This document shows, one piece after another, positions 8,505-19,513 of a DNA stretch of 64,000 nt. This stretch comes from an uncultured Candidatus Actinomarina sp. (GTDB lineage Bacteria > Actinomycetota > Acidimicrobiia > Actinomarinales > Actinomarinaceae). The stretch is from NCBI GenBank assembly GCA_902566515.1, contig CACFIX010000004.1, positions 4,092 to 68,091 of the forward strand, written 5' to 3'. The position numbers and the translations under genes were made by a program. Every line of letters starts with the position of its first letter. Within the stretch, counting starts at the first letter, position 1. A model generated the notes under the pieces. The model made no database searches. It saw nothing but the letters and a program-made list of their open reading frames with translations, and was not told where the DNA came from.

Positions 8505-9221
8505 ATGAGAAATAAATACATCTTTTTTTTATTATTATTAATTTTCTGTAGCCAGGAAAGCTCAATACAAGAAGTTGATTTAACTACAACCTCTATGATG
8601 GAAGAAAGTCAAGCTCTTGACGAAGATGCAACAACTACAACTTCAGTTGAGATTGTACAATTAGAAACTTTTGAAAATATAAAATTTGTAATTGTAAAAG
8701 AAGACAGCAGAGTTAGTTATTTAGCACCAAAACAGTTTTTAAATTCTGGTTTAGATATTGTTGAAGGTACTACTCGTGAAATCATTGGTGAGTTTACTTT
8801 AACTTTATCTGATTGTGACCAAGCTGACTCATGTTTGTATATAAAAAATCTGTCAATTAGAGCAGATATATCAACTTTAAAAAGTAACAATGTGATCAGA
8901 GATCAAGCTTTAAACAATCAATGGCTTCAGTCGGCACTTTTCCCAGAAGCTATATTTAGAATTGATGAATTAGTGTTGCCAAATAAAAATTTTGATTCAA
9001 AAGTAGAAGATACTATCGTTGGAAAATTATCAATTAGGGAAATAGAACTTGATACACCTTTTTCAATCACTGCTTATCTTGAAGATGACAAAATATTTAT
9101 ATCTGGTTTTACTGAGATTGATACTACTTGGTTTGGATTTGATGCACCAACAAGATTCAATGCTTGGGAAGTTTTAAATCCCATTGGTATAAAGGTAGAG
9201 TTAGTAGCAAAAAGAAGTTAA
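8505..9221 (+). CDS. YceI-like lipid/polyisoprenoid-binding protein, probable lipoprotein
   Basis: Signal peptide with Cys (LLIFC), DISTLKSNNVIRD, FPEAIF, GKLSIREI, FGFDAP; start ATG 8505 preceded by TAGAAT. Confidence 0.75.
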   Translation: MRNKYIFFLLLLIFCSQESSIQEVDLTTTSMMEESQALDEDATTTTSVEIVQLETFENIKFVIVKEDSRVSYLAPKQFLNSGLDIVEGTTREIIGEFTLTLSDCDQADSCLYIKNLSIRADISTLKSNNVIRDQALNNQWLQSALFPEAIFRIDELVLPNKNFDSKVEDTIVGKLSIREIELDTPFSITAYLEDDKIFISGFTEIDTTWFGFDAPTRFNAWEVLNPIGIKVELVAKRS

Positions 9222-9743
9222 TTGATAGAAAATTTTGCATTTCAAGATTTGAATCAACCATATGATTCTATAGATTCAGACTATGCTGCAGTTTCTATAT
9301 TAGTTTATAAAAATAAGGAAATACTTTTTATTAAAAGGTCTGATAACATGCCTACTCATAAGGGCCATATTGCATTTCCTGGAGGTAAAAAAGAATTATC
9401 TGACTCTACTGTTGTTGCCACAGCTGTCAGAGAGGCATCAGAAGAACTGTTGATTTCAGAACACCTAATCAAACCTGTCGGTATTTTAGAGGCAATAGAT
9501 ACAGTTGAATATAAATTTTTAGTTTATCCGATACTGTGCAATTTATCTATTAGACCTAAACAATTTAACACCATTGAAGTTCAAAAAGTAATTTATGAAC
9601 CAATAAGAAATTTGATGAATAAGGATAATTGGTCATTTAGAGGTGCATATTCTGATGACTGGATATATATGTTAGAAGATGAAATTCTTTGGGGTGCAAC
9701 AGCAAAAATGATTAGATCATTGCTTAAATTGAAATTAGTTTAA
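9222..9743 (+). CDS. Nudix hydrolase, CoA pyrophosphatase-like
   Basis: HKGHIAFPGGK..ATAVREASEE Nudix box, ILWGATA. Confidence 0.88.
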   Translation: MIENFAFQDLNQPYDSIDSDYAAVSILVYKNKEILFIKRSDNMPTHKGHIAFPGGKKELSDSTVVATAVREASEELLISEHLIKPVGILEAIDTVEYKFLVYPILCNLSIRPKQFNTIEVQKVIYEPIRNLMNKDNWSFRGAYSDDWIYMLEDEILWGATAKMIRSLLKLKLV

Positions 9744-10622
9744 GTTTTCAGATTCATCTTTTACAGCTAGATACAGTGAGATAAAAATTAAAATTAAAGT
9801 TATAAAAAAGATATTATCAACAATTTCGTTGAGAAATATGTATCCAACCAAAATTCCAACAATTGGAACAACGTAATCAACTAAAGTACTAAAAGTTGCT
9901 GACAGTCTCTTAATTGTGTATAGAAATAAGGAATAATTAAAAATATCTATAAACGCAAGTCCAAACAATTTTGAAAATTCACCGGCTGTCAATATTTCGA
10001 ATTTTCCATCTAATATGAAAAATAAAATAATTGATATAACTGACCCAACCAACCATTGAGTTAAGAGATATGTTTTAGACGGTATATACTGCAAGTGTTT
10101 TTTATTTGTTATATTGCTTAGTGCTAGGCCTTGAACTCCAAGTACCGCAAGCAATCCACCAATAAGCAAATTTCCCTCATTAGATAATCCAGTTGCTCCT
10201 GAGAGAAAGAGAATAATCAGTCCAATAAGACCAGTCAATACTGAAACAATTTTTAAATTTGTAATTTTTTCATCTTTATATAACAAGAGCACCCAAAAAA
10301 CTGTGAATAAAGGAATTGTAGAAATGAAAATACTTTGAAGTCCGGAAGAAATGTACTTAAGGGCATAAATAAAAGCCCATCCAGGAATAAAGATTGCAAG
10401 TATTCCAGATAGGGAGCCTTTTAGAAAATACTCTACAGAAATTGATGAAATAAATTCTCTAAAGCAATAAATTCCAATGAGTAAAGTAACCACAGATATT
10501 CTTGATGTAACAATAAAAATTTCATTTACTCCATCAATGAGAAGACTTCGATTTAGTAACCCATGAAAACCAAAAAGGGTACCAATTAAAATTATGTTTC
10601 TTAAGCCAGCATATGCAGACAT
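9735..10622 (-). CDS. DMT/EamA family transporter
   Basis: About ten TM helices in two repeats, YVVPIVGILVGYIFLNE. Confidence 0.85.
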   Translation of the reverse strand: MSAYAGLRNIILIGTLFGFHGLLNRSLLIDGVNEIFIVTSRISVVTLLIGIYCFREFISSISVEYFLKGSLSGILAIFIPGWAFIYALKYISSGLQSIFISTIPLFTVFWVLLLYKDEKITNLKIVSVLTGLIGLIILFLSGATGLSNEGNLLIGGLLAVLGVQGLALSNITNKKHLQYIPSKTYLLTQWLVGSVISIILFFILDGKFEILTAGEFSKLFGLAFIDIFNYSLFLYTIKRLSATFSTLVDYVVPIVGILVGYIFLNEIVDNIFFITLILIFISLYLAVKDESENLN

Positions 10623-10681
10623 TGAATATTCAGGTTTGATAAAAACACTCCAATTTAAATTAGTTTATTAGAATAGCAGAT

Positions 10682-11656
10682 ATGAAAACAGTTTTTTCCG
10701 GAATTCAACCTAGTGGGTTAGTTCATTTGGGTAATCTCCTGGGAGCAATAAACAATTGGGCAAAATTATCAAATGAAGAATCAAAAAATTATTTTTGTAT
10801 TGTTGACCTTCATTCTTTAACGGCAATGCCTAATAAATCTGACTTACAAGATAGCATCAAAAACACATTGAAAGTTTTATTAGCATCTGGAATTAATTTA
10901 GAAAATTCTGTAATTTATGTACAAAGCGATCTAAAAGACCACGCCTATTTATCTTGGATACTGTCAAATTTTTGCCAAGTTGGTGAGTTACAACGTATGA
11001 CGCAATTTAAGGAGAAAGCTTCTTCGTTTGGAACACACTCTGGTCTTTTGACTTACCCCATCCTAATGGCGGCAGATATTTTAATTCATAAAGCAAATGA
11101 GGTCCCAGTAGGCGACGATCAAACTCAACATTTAGAATTAACAAGAAATATAGCTGAAAGGTTTAATAACAATTATGGTGAGATATTTCCAATACCTGAA
11201 AAAACTAGTGGAAAATATGGGGCTCGATTAATGTCTTTGAGACATCCAGAAAACAAAATGTCAAAAAGCTCCGATGATATTAATGGAACAATTTATTTCA
11301 ATGATTCAAAAGATTCAATTATCAAAAAATTTAGATCTTCTGTTACAGACTCAAGTAATTCAATAGCATATGATATTAAATCAAAGGCGGGGATAAGTAA
11401 TTTGATAGAGATATACTCATCTATCAATAATTTAGAAATAAAAGAAACTGAAAAAAAGTTTAATGATTATCAATATGGAGAATTCAAAATTGCTGTAGCA
11501 GAGTCAGTAATTTCATACTTGGAACCAATCAATGAAAAATTTAATAATCTAGGTGACAAAGAAGTAGATGAAATAATTAGAAAAAATTTAGAATTAGCAA
11601 AACAATCTTCTGAACTTACAATATCAGAAGTAGAAGAAGCTTTAGGTATAAGTTAA
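10682..11656 (+). CDS. trpS: Tryptophan--tRNA ligase
   Basis: SGIQPSG..HLGN, YPILMAADIL, VPVGDDQTQHLE, KMSKS. Confidence 0.97.
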   Translation: MKTVFSGIQPSGLVHLGNLLGAINNWAKLSNEESKNYFCIVDLHSLTAMPNKSDLQDSIKNTLKVLLASGINLENSVIYVQSDLKDHAYLSWILSNFCQVGELQRMTQFKEKASSFGTHSGLLTYPILMAADILIHKANEVPVGDDQTQHLELTRNIAERFNNNYGEIFPIPEKTSGKYGARLMSLRHPENKMSKSSDDINGTIYFNDSKDSIIKKFRSSVTDSSNSIAYDIKSKAGISNLIEIYSSINNLEIKETEKKFNDYQYGEFKIAVAESVISYLEPINEKFNNLGDKEVDEIIRKNLELAKQSSELTISEVEEALGIS

Positions 11657-11691
11657 TCAATGAGTATAAAGATAGAAAAGCCTAAATCTTA

Positions 11692-13833
11692 ATGTCATTG
11701 GATTCTAATTTACCGGAAGACTGGAAAAAATTACTAAACCCAAGTCAGATTCAAGCCATAGAAACAATTAATGGACCTGTATTAATAATGGCAGGAGCAG
11801 GTTCAGGTAAAACTAGAGTGTTGACTCATAGGTATGCTCATTTAGTAAAACACCATAATGTAGATGTAGAGCAAATATTGGCTATTACATTTACAAATAA
11901 AGCAGCTGAAGAAATGAAATCAAGAATAAGTAAGCTTCTAAATTTAAAAATTTCACCAAAATGGATATCAACTTTTCATAGTTTGTGTGTAAAAATTTTA
12001 AGAATCCATGGAGACAAGATAGGCTATAAAAGCAACTTTACTATTTATGATCAATCTGATTCAAATAAAGTTGTAAGGAATTGTATGTCTGAAAACAATG
12101 TTGATCTTAAACAATATTCACCAAAACGTTTCCAGGCACATATATCTAATCTTAAGAACAGCATGATAAGCCCTGGAGAGGCACTGGAGAATGCAGAATC
12201 TTTTTTTGAGGTAAAAGTTGCCGAAATTTATTCAAGTTATGAAAAAAAATTAATGTTTGCTAATTCAATGGATTTTGATGATCTTTTAATTAAAACCGTA
12301 GAACTTTTACAAACAAATGAAAGCATTTTGAAGTTTTGGTCTAATAAATTTCAATTCATCATGGTTGATGAATATCAAGATACAAATTTTGTACAATACA
12401 AATTGGTTGAGCTTCTTGGTTCAAATAATAAAAATGTTTGTGTAGTTGGTGACTCTGATCAAAGCATCTATGCGTTTAGGGGTGCGGATATTAGAAACAT
12501 TATTGAATTTGAAAAAGATTTTAGCAATGCAACAGTTATTCAATTAGATAAAAACTACAGATCTTCTAAAAAGATTCTAAATTTAGCTAACTCAGTCATC
12601 TCAAATAATCCACGAAAAATTGAAAAAAATCTTTGGACTGATAATGATGATGGTTTAGATATTTCATCATTTAGATTTAGATCTGAAAAAGATGAAGCAA
12701 GATGGGTTGCAGAAGAAGTTAAAAGCCTGATAGATTCATCTAAAGATAATGAGATTGCAATTTTTTATAGAACTAATAGCCAATCACGTTTACTTGAGGA
12801 AGAACTAAGAATATTAAATATTAATTATAAAGTCATCGGTAGTGTGAGATTTTATGACAGAAAAGAGATAAAAGATGTAATCTCATACCTACAATTTTTA
12901 GTAAATGATAGTGACACAGTTGCATTCGAAAGAATTGTGAATGTTCCCAGGCGAGGAATAGGAGAGTCTACTGTAAAAAAAATAAGGGCATATCTTAACG
13001 AAACAGGAAAGACTATATTTGAAGCTCTAGAATCAATAGAGGAAATTAAAAATATTTCTCCAAGAATTAAAGGAAGTCTCTTAGAATTTAAAGATTTAAT
13101 TACGGATCTAAAGTCTTATTCTCTTCAAGGTCCTTCGAAAACAATCCAAAAAGTTTTGGAACTTACAGGATATAAAATGAGTTTGATTAAAGAAGGTACA
13201 TTAGAGTCACAAATGCGCATTGAAAATATTGAAGAACTTCTAAATTCTGCAGTTAGTTTTGAGAATTTGTATGAAGAAGATATTGATGAACCTTATGGAA
13301 TGCTCAGAGATTACCTGGAATCCATTGCCCTTTTTTCTGAAACTGATAAATTGGAAGATGCTGATAGAGTTTTGTTGATGACTCTACATAATGCAAAAGG
13401 CCTAGAGTTTCCATATGTGTTTATGACTGGAATGGAAGAAAATTTATTTCCGCATGAAAGAAGTTCACAGGGCGATAACTCTGAAATTGAGGAAGAGAGA
13501 AGACTTTGCTATGTAGGAATAACAAGAGCTGAAAAAAAGCTTTATTTAACACATGCGTGGTCCAGGACACTTTGGGGTGGCACAGTTTATAATTTACCAA
13601 GCCGGTTTCTAGAGGAAGGCTCTAGTCATTTTGAAACTGTAGATTTTTCACTTGATACTCACCAAAAAGATTCAACTGAGATTGAAGTTGGTACAGGTCA
13701 AAAAATAATTCATGAAAAATATGGAGAAGGGCTTGTTTTAGAAGTTCAGGGAAACGAAATAACCGTTCAATTTAACGATGATATTGGAGTAAAGTATCTT
13801 GATGTTGAATGGGCACCCATAAAATTTCAATAA
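11692..13833 (+). CDS. pcrA: ATP-dependent DNA helicase PcrA/UvrD
   Basis: AGAGSGKT, VDEYQDTN, VGDSDQSIYAFRGA, TLHNAKGLEF, EERRLCYVGITRA. Confidence 0.95.
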   Translation: MSLDSNLPEDWKKLLNPSQIQAIETINGPVLIMAGAGSGKTRVLTHRYAHLVKHHNVDVEQILAITFTNKAAEEMKSRISKLLNLKISPKWISTFHSLCVKILRIHGDKIGYKSNFTIYDQSDSNKVVRNCMSENNVDLKQYSPKRFQAHISNLKNSMISPGEALENAESFFEVKVAEIYSSYEKKLMFANSMDFDDLLIKTVELLQTNESILKFWSNKFQFIMVDEYQDTNFVQYKLVELLGSNNKNVCVVGDSDQSIYAFRGADIRNIIEFEKDFSNATVIQLDKNYRSSKKILNLANSVISNNPRKIEKNLWTDNDDGLDISSFRFRSEKDEARWVAEEVKSLIDSSKDNEIAIFYRTNSQSRLLEEELRILNINYKVIGSVRFYDRKEIKDVISYLQFLVNDSDTVAFERIVNVPRRGIGESTVKKIRAYLNETGKTIFEALESIEEIKNISPRIKGSLLEFKDLITDLKSYSLQGPSKTIQKVLELTGYKMSLIKEGTLESQMRIENIEELLNSAVSFENLYEEDIDEPYGMLRDYLESIALFSETDKLEDADRVLLMTLHNAKGLEFPYVFMTGMEENLFPHERSSQGDNSEIEEERRLCYVGITRAEKKLYLTHAWSRTLWGGTVYNLPSRFLEEGSSHFETVDFSLDTHQKDSTEIEVGTGQKIIHEKYGEGLVLEVQGNEITVQFNDDIGVKYLDVEWAPIKFQ

Positions 13834-13886
13834 AATATGAAGCATAATTTCATTTTATTTGTAATCTATATTCTTGTTACAAGATT

Positions 13887-15020
13887 ATGAACCTATTTGA
13901 ATATCAAGGCAAAGATTTATATAAAAAATATTCTATAACAACACCTAAATCAATTTTTATAAACTCTATTTCTGATTTAACAGAAAATCATGGTTTAAGT
14001 TTTCCATTAGTTGTAAAAGCCCAAGTTCAAGTTGGAGGAAGAGGAAAGGCAGGAGGAATAAAAGTTGCACAAAACCACCAAGAACTAGAAGAATATATAG
14101 ATGCAATTTTAGGTATGGACATTAAAGATCATAAAGTTGAAAGCTTATTGATTGAGGAAGCTTCTGAAATTATAAGTGAATATTATATTTCATTTACTTT
14201 GGACAGGTCTGAAAAAAAATATTTGATGATGTTGAGCTCCAAAGGTGGAATGGATATTGAAGAAGTCGCAGCTAATAGTCCAGATGACTTAATTAAAATA
14301 CATATATCTCCATCATTGGGACTTGAAAGTAACGTAATTACACAAGCAATAAAAGATGCAAACCTCAATCTTGATTACATTGATGAACTCCATGAAATTA
14401 TTTCTAAACTTTACAAGCTTTTTACTGAAGGTGACTGCGATCTTGTTGAAGTAAACCCATTGGCAATAACAAATCAAGGTGTTTCTGCTCTAGATTCTAA
14501 AGTGTCACTAGATATGAATGCAATCTATCGACAAGATGATTTTAAAAAATATGAAGAGGAAATTCCTATCCCAGAATCCGAAAAGTTTGCCAAAAGTAAA
14601 GGTTTAAATTTTATCAAGTTGGATGGCAGTGTTGGAATTATTGGTAATGGTGCAGGATTAGTTATGTCAACTCTAGATGTTGTAGCAGAGCATGGTGGAA
14701 AAGCAGCAAATTTTTGTGATATTGGAGGGGGAGCAAAAGCTGAAACCGTTACGGCAGCTTTAGAAGTTTTAGAATCAGAAGAAGAGGTAACAAGTGTTTT
14801 AATTAATATATTCGGAGGCATTACAAGATGTGATTTAGTAGCTGAAGGAATTGTAGAGGCAACAAAAGGCAAAGTACTTAAATGGCCTTTGATAGTTAGA
14901 TTAGATGGTACAAACTCAAAAGAAGGTTTAGAAATTTTGTCTAAAAATTCAAATGAAAAAATAATAATATCTGATTCTATGGATGATGCAGCGAAAGCTG
15001 CTGTCGAAGGTGGTAAATAA
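13887..15020 (+). CDS. sucC: Succinyl-CoA synthetase beta subunit
   Basis: [45 protein letters not shown]. Confidence 0.97.
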   Translation: MNLFEYQGKDLYKKYSITTPKSIFINSISDLTENHGLSFPLVVKAQVQVGGRGKAGGIKVAQNHQELEEYIDAILGMDIKDHKVESLLIEEASEIISEYYISFTLDRSEKKYLMMLSSKGGMDIEEVAANSPDDLIKIHISPSLGLESNVITQAIKDANLNLDYIDELHEIISKLYKLFTEGDCDLVEVNPLAITNQGVSALDSKVSLDMNAIYRQDDFKKYEEEIPIPESEKFAKSKGLNFIKLDGSVGIIGNGAGLVMSTLDVVAEHGGKAANFCDIGGGAKAETVTAALEVLESEEEVTSVLINIFGGITRCDLVAEGIVEATKGKVLKWPLIVRLDGTNSKEGLEILSKNSNEKIIISDSMDDAAKAAVEGGK

Positions 15021-15889
15021 TGGCTGTATTTATAAATGAAGAAACAAAAGTCGTTGTTCAAGGCTTAACAGGGAGAGAAGGAAAGTTTCATGCTTTGCGA
15101 AATAAGGACTATGGAACAAAAGTGGTTGCAGGAACAAGGCCAGGTAAAGGTGGAGAGGAAGTTGAAGGCATCCCCATTTTTAATACTGTTTTTGATGCGG
15201 TAAAAGAAACTGGTGCAAATACAGCTATGACTTTTGTACCTCCAGCATTTGCAATGGATGCAGTTCTCGAAGCAGGTGAAGCTGGTTGCGATTTAATAGT
15301 TTGCATTACTGAAGGAATTCCTGCTAAAGATGAAGCACTAATGTATGACTTGCTAAAAAGAAATACATCTTCACAACTATTAGGGCCTAATTGTCCCGGA
15401 CTAATCTCTCCAGGAAAATCAAATGTAGGTATTATGCCACACGAAATAACTAAAGAAGGAAATGTAGGAGTTGTTTCAAGGTCTGGAACTTTAACTTATC
15501 AAGCAGTTCATGAATTAACTAGATTAGACATCGGACAGTCTACATGCATTGGTATCGGCGGTGACCCTGTGCCAGGAATGTCCTTTATTGACGTTTTAAA
15601 GGCATTTGAAAAAGATGAACAGACAGAAGCAATCGTAATGATTGGTGAGATAGGTGGCAGCGCTGAAGAAGAAGCAGCCGAGTATATAAGTAAGCTAGTT
15701 AGAAAACCAGTAGTTTCTTACATTGCTGGAGTAACCGCACCACCAGGAAAAAAAATGGGACATGCTGGAGCAATTGTTTCTGGAAATATGGGCACAGCCT
15801 CTGCTAAAATTGAAGCACTTACTAACGCAGGTGTCAATGTTGTTAACAACCCTACCAAAATTGGACAAGCAATAAAGGAATTGATTTGA
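15020..15889 (+). CDS. sucD: Succinyl-CoA synthetase alpha subunit
   Basis: [27 protein letters not shown] phospho-His motif. Confidence 0.97.
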   Translation: MAVFINEETKVVVQGLTGREGKFHALRNKDYGTKVVAGTRPGKGGEEVEGIPIFNTVFDAVKETGANTAMTFVPPAFAMDAVLEAGEAGCDLIVCITEGIPAKDEALMYDLLKRNTSSQLLGPNCPGLISPGKSNVGIMPHEITKEGNVGVVSRSGTLTYQAVHELTRLDIGQSTCIGIGGDPVPGMSFIDVLKAFEKDEQTEAIVMIGEIGGSAEEEAAEYISKLVRKPVVSYIAGVTAPPGKKMGHAGAIVSGNMGTASAKIEALTNAGVNVVNNPTKIGQAIKELI

Positions 15890-17121
15890 AAGAAAATTTA
15901 AATAGAGAAGAATTATCTACAGCAATTTCTGATACTAGAAAATCTTTTGATACTGATAATCCTATAGTCCCGTTTATCGAAGGTGACGGAATAGGTATAG
16001 ACATATGGCCTGCTTCTCAAAAAGTATTTGATTCAGCTGTTGAAAAAGCTTATAACAATCAAAGAAAAATTGAATGGATGGAAGTTTTAGCTGGTCAAAA
16101 AGCATATGATAATGAAAATGAGTGGTTGCCTGAAAAAACAATTGATATGTTTGATAAACATGGGATAGGAATTAAAGGACCTTTAACTACTCCTGTTGGA
16201 GGTGGAATCAGGTCTATAAATGTCACAATAAGGCAAAAATTAGACCTTTATGCTTGTGTCAGGCCTTTGAGGTGGTTTAAAGGTGTTGAAACGCCAACTA
16301 AGAACCCCGGAGATGTAGACATTGCTTTATTTAGAGAAAATACCGAAGATGTTTATTCAGGCAAAGAATTGGAGATGGGTTCTGAAGAAGTCAAAACATT
16401 ACATAACTTTCTCAATTCTGAATTTGGATGGGAAATTAGAGAAGATAGCGGTATTGGAATTAAACCAATATCCCAGACTGCATCAGAGAGATTAATTAGA
16501 GCAGCATTGAATTATGCAATAGAGAATGGAAAGAAAAACCTAGCAATAGTACATAAAGGAAACATAATGAAATTTACCGAGGGAGCATTTCGAGGCTGGG
16601 GTTATGAATTAGTTAAAAATGAATTTTCAGATGTTGCAGTATCTTGGGAAGATTGTGAAGGTGAACCAGGAGATAAGATTCTAGTTCAGGACGTAATAGC
16701 TGATGCTTTTTTACAACAAGTATTAATTAAACCTCATGAATTTGAAGTGATTGCTACCACAAATCTTAACGGAGATTATGCATCCGATGCACTAGCAGCT
16801 CAAATTGGAGGAATTGGAATAAGTCCTGGTGGAAATATAAATTATGAAAATGGTAAATCAGTTTTTGAAGCGACTCATGGAACAGCCCCAAAATATGCTG
16901 GACAGGACAAAGCTAACCCTGGATCACTTATACTTTCAGGTGAAATGATGTTTAGGTATATGGGATGGAATGAAGCTGCAGATCTAGTAATTAAAGCTAT
17001 GGAAAAATCAATAGGTGAAGGTAATGTTACATACGACTTAGCGAGAGGTAGATCTGATGCAAAAACTTTACCTTCATCAGAATTTGCCAAATCCTTAATC
17101 GAAAATATAGAAAGCTTTTAA
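15886..17121 (+). CDS. icd: NADP-dependent isocitrate dehydrogenase, homodimeric E. coli/Bacillus type
   Basis: [46 protein letters not shown] and TYDLAR NADP determinants. Confidence 0.95.
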   Translation: MKENLNREELSTAISDTRKSFDTDNPIVPFIEGDGIGIDIWPASQKVFDSAVEKAYNNQRKIEWMEVLAGQKAYDNENEWLPEKTIDMFDKHGIGIKGPLTTPVGGGIRSINVTIRQKLDLYACVRPLRWFKGVETPTKNPGDVDIALFRENTEDVYSGKELEMGSEEVKTLHNFLNSEFGWEIREDSGIGIKPISQTASERLIRAALNYAIENGKKNLAIVHKGNIMKFTEGAFRGWGYELVKNEFSDVAVSWEDCEGEPGDKILVQDVIADAFLQQVLIKPHEFEVIATTNLNGDYASDALAAQIGGIGISPGGNINYENGKSVFEATHGTAPKYAGQDKANPGSLILSGEMMFRYMGWNEAADLVIKAMEKSIGEGNVTYDLARGRSDAKTLPSSEFAKSLIENIESF

Positions 17122-17124
17122 GTC

Positions 17125-18063
17125 ATGACAAAAGTAACAGTTGTTGGATCAGGTAAATATGGATCAATGACAGCTCTTAGAGTTGCAGAATATGATATAG
17201 CTGATACGGTAGTCATGACAGATATAGTTGAAGGCCTTCCTGAAGGTCTTGCTTTAGACATGAATCAATCAAGATTTGTAGAAAAATTTTCATCAAAAAT
17301 TATTGGAACTAATAGTTATGAAGATACTTTTGATAGTGATGTCGTTGTCATCACTGCAGGCTTACCAAGAAAGCCAGGAATGTCACGCATGGATTTATTA
17401 GAGGTTAATGCAAATATTGTAACTGAGGTAACAAGTAACATTATGAAACATTCAAAGAATCCAATAATTATTGTTGTTACAAATCCTTTAGATCAAATGA
17501 CAACTTTAGTTTCTGATGTTTCTGGCTTACCTAAAAGCAGAGTTATCGGTCAGGCAGGAGTTCTTGATTCATCTCGATTTGCTTATTTTATATCAGAGAA
17601 ATTAAATGTCAATATGAATGAAGTCGAAGCTTGGACTCTGGGTAGTCATGGTGAAACTATGGTGCCTGCACCATCACAGTGTAAAGTTAATGGGAAGCCT
17701 TTAACTGAGTTACTTACAAATGATGAGATAGATGAGTTAGTAAAAAGAACTTCTGATGGAGGTGCTGAAATTGTTGCATTATTAAAAACAGGTAGTGCTT
17801 ACTTTGCGCCTTCTTCGGCTGCTGCAACGATGGTAAAGTCAATTATTTCAGATTCGAATAATGTTCTACCTTGTTGTTCATGGGTCTCTGGAGAGTATGG
17901 AATTAGTGATGTTTACTTGGGTGTGCCAACTAAATTAGGTAAAGATGGCGTAACTGAAATTGTAGAACTTGATTTAAATACTGATGAGCTAGAAAACCTA
18001 AAATCAGCTGCTGATTCAGTAAAACAAAAAGTTTTAGAACTGAATGACCTAAAAACCCAATAA
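17125..18063 (+). CDS. mdh: Malate dehydrogenase (LDH-like)
   Basis: GSGKYG, TAGLPRKPGMSRMDLL, VVTNPLD, LDSSRF, GSHG. Confidence 0.95.
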   Translation: MTKVTVVGSGKYGSMTALRVAEYDIADTVVMTDIVEGLPEGLALDMNQSRFVEKFSSKIIGTNSYEDTFDSDVVVITAGLPRKPGMSRMDLLEVNANIVTEVTSNIMKHSKNPIIIVVTNPLDQMTTLVSDVSGLPKSRVIGQAGVLDSSRFAYFISEKLNVNMNEVEAWTLGSHGETMVPAPSQCKVNGKPLTELLTNDEIDELVKRTSDGGAEIVALLKTGSAYFAPSSAAATMVKSIISDSNNVLPCCSWVSGEYGISDVYLGVPTKLGKDGVTEIVELDLNTDELENLKSAADSVKQKVLELNDLKTQ

Positions 18064-18155
18064 AACTAGGCTTTTATAGCAAAAAATTTATGGTTAGCAT
18101 AAAAACTTAATAAAATCAGCAGTTTATAAAAAAAAGTCAATAAATTTAGGGTTTT

Positions 18156-18183
18156 ATGACAAATTAATTAAAAAAACTATAAT
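18156..18183 (+). promoter_or_regulatory. Sigma-70-type promoter for hup
   Basis: ATGACA-16 bp-TATAAT, followed by a small 5' UTR hairpin GAGTTTT/AAAACTC (18193..18210). Confidence 0.5.
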
Positions 18184-18230
18184 GTTTGTAGGGAGTTTTA
18201 AAAAAAACTCAATAAAGAAAGCGGATTCTA

Positions 18231-18503
18231 ATGAATAAAGATGATTTAGCAAGTGCTGTTGCAGCTGCAGTAGGGTTGTCACAAGCAGACGCTAAAAAAG
18301 CAGTAGAAGCCGTGTTTGATGGAGTCACAGGTGGTATGAAAGACGGCGTAAAAGTAAGCGTTGCCGGTTTTGGTACATTTGAATCCAGATACAGGGCTGC
18401 AAGACAAGGTAGAAATCCAGCAACAGGTGAAACAATCCAAATTGCTGCGAAAAATGCCCCAGCTTTTAAAGCTGCAAAAGGATTAAAAGACGCTTTAAAT
18501 TAA
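18231..18503 (+). CDS. hup: HU histone-like DNA-binding protein
   Basis: MNKDDLA, GFGTFE, ARQGRNPATGETIQI, PAFKA. Confidence 0.95.
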   Translation: MNKDDLASAVAAAVGLSQADAKKAVEAVFDGVTGGMKDGVKVSVAGFGTFESRYRAARQGRNPATGETIQIAAKNAPAFKAAKGLKDALN

Positions 18504-18522
18504 AGTTCTTTTAGTTAAATTT

Positions 18523-18553
18523 GAAAAGACGGCAAAAGCCGTCTTTTCTTTTT
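18523..18553 (+). terminator. Intrinsic terminator, likely bidirectional, between hup and the sdh operon
   Basis: gaaaagacggc-aaaa-gccgtcttttc followed by a T run. Confidence 0.9.
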
Positions 18554-18821
18554 AGGAAATAAGACTTATATCACCAGATATTTTAATTTTTTTATCAAAC
18601 ATAAGGTCTTCAGGATGTATTTCAGCATTTACAATTTTATAAAGATCGACAGAAGACATTTTAAATTTTAGAAAATTTTCATCGTTAATATTTTTAATTT
18701 CAGAACAGTTGTCTAGAGAATATGTTTTTTCTAAATCTGTAAATTCAAAATAAATATACTCAATTTTGTATTCATAGTTAGAAATTTTTTCTTTAAAATC
18801 TTTTAGCGTATCTTCTATCAA
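18552..18821 (-). CDS. Small protein, SCP2 sterol/lipid-binding-domain-like
   Basis: C-terminal DLYKIVNAEIHPEDLMFDKKIKISGD resembles SCP2; coupled to sdhB. Confidence 0.5.
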   Translation of the reverse strand: MIEDTLKDFKEKISNYEYKIEYIYFEFTDLEKTYSLDNCSEIKNINDENFLKFKMSSVDLYKIVNAEIHPEDLMFDKKIKISGDISLIS

Positions 18822-19513
18822 TTAATTGTTAATGTTTCTCTTTTAACGTCTTCTATAGCTTTGGTAACTTGTATGCCTCTAGGACATGCTGTAGTACAGT
18901 TAAATGCTGTTCTGCATCTAAAAGCTCCATTCACATCTTTAAGTATTTCTAATCTTTGTTTTGAGGCATTATCTCTTGAATCAAACACAAATCTATGCGC
19001 ATTAACAATTGCTGCTGGGCCAACATAAGTATCCGCAGTCCAAAAAACTGGACAACTAGTTGTACAAGCTGCACAGAGAATACATTTTGTAGTATCTTCA
19101 AACTTATCTCTATCTTCTGGAGATTGTAACCTTTCTCTTTCTCCTGGCTCTTCATCACTTACAAGGTAAGGCATAACTTTTTTGTAAGATTCAAAGAATG
19201 TTTCCATATCAACAACTAAATCTTTTATAACAGGAAGACCTCTAATTGGCTCAATTTTTATTGGATTGCTAACTTCTTTTACCAAGACTTGGCAGGCAAG
19301 CATATTTTCTCCATTAACAACCATTGCATCAGAACCACATACTCCATGAGCACATGATCTTCTAAAAGCTAGACTACCATCATCAAACCATTTAACTTTG
19401 TGCAGAAGATCCAAGATTCTCTCATCTGGATCTGCTTCAATGTTATATTCTTCCCAATGGCCTTTTCTATCTGTTTCAGGATTGAATCTAAGAATTCTAA
19501 GTTTTATATCCAT
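18818..19513 (-). CDS. sdhB: Succinate dehydrogenase iron-sulfur subunit
   Basis: SCAHGVCGSD, CILCAACTTSCP, CRTAFNCTTACP. Confidence 0.96.
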   Translation of the reverse strand: MDIKLRILRFNPETDRKGHWEEYNIEADPDERILDLLHKVKWFDDGSLAFRRSCAHGVCGSDAMVVNGENMLACQVLVKEVSNPIKIEPIRGLPVIKDLVVDMETFFESYKKVMPYLVSDEEPGERERLQSPEDRDKFEDTTKCILCAACTTSCPVFWTADTYVGPAAIVNAHRFVFDSRDNASKQRLEILKDVNGAFRCRTAFNCTTACPRGIQVTKAIEDVKRETLTIN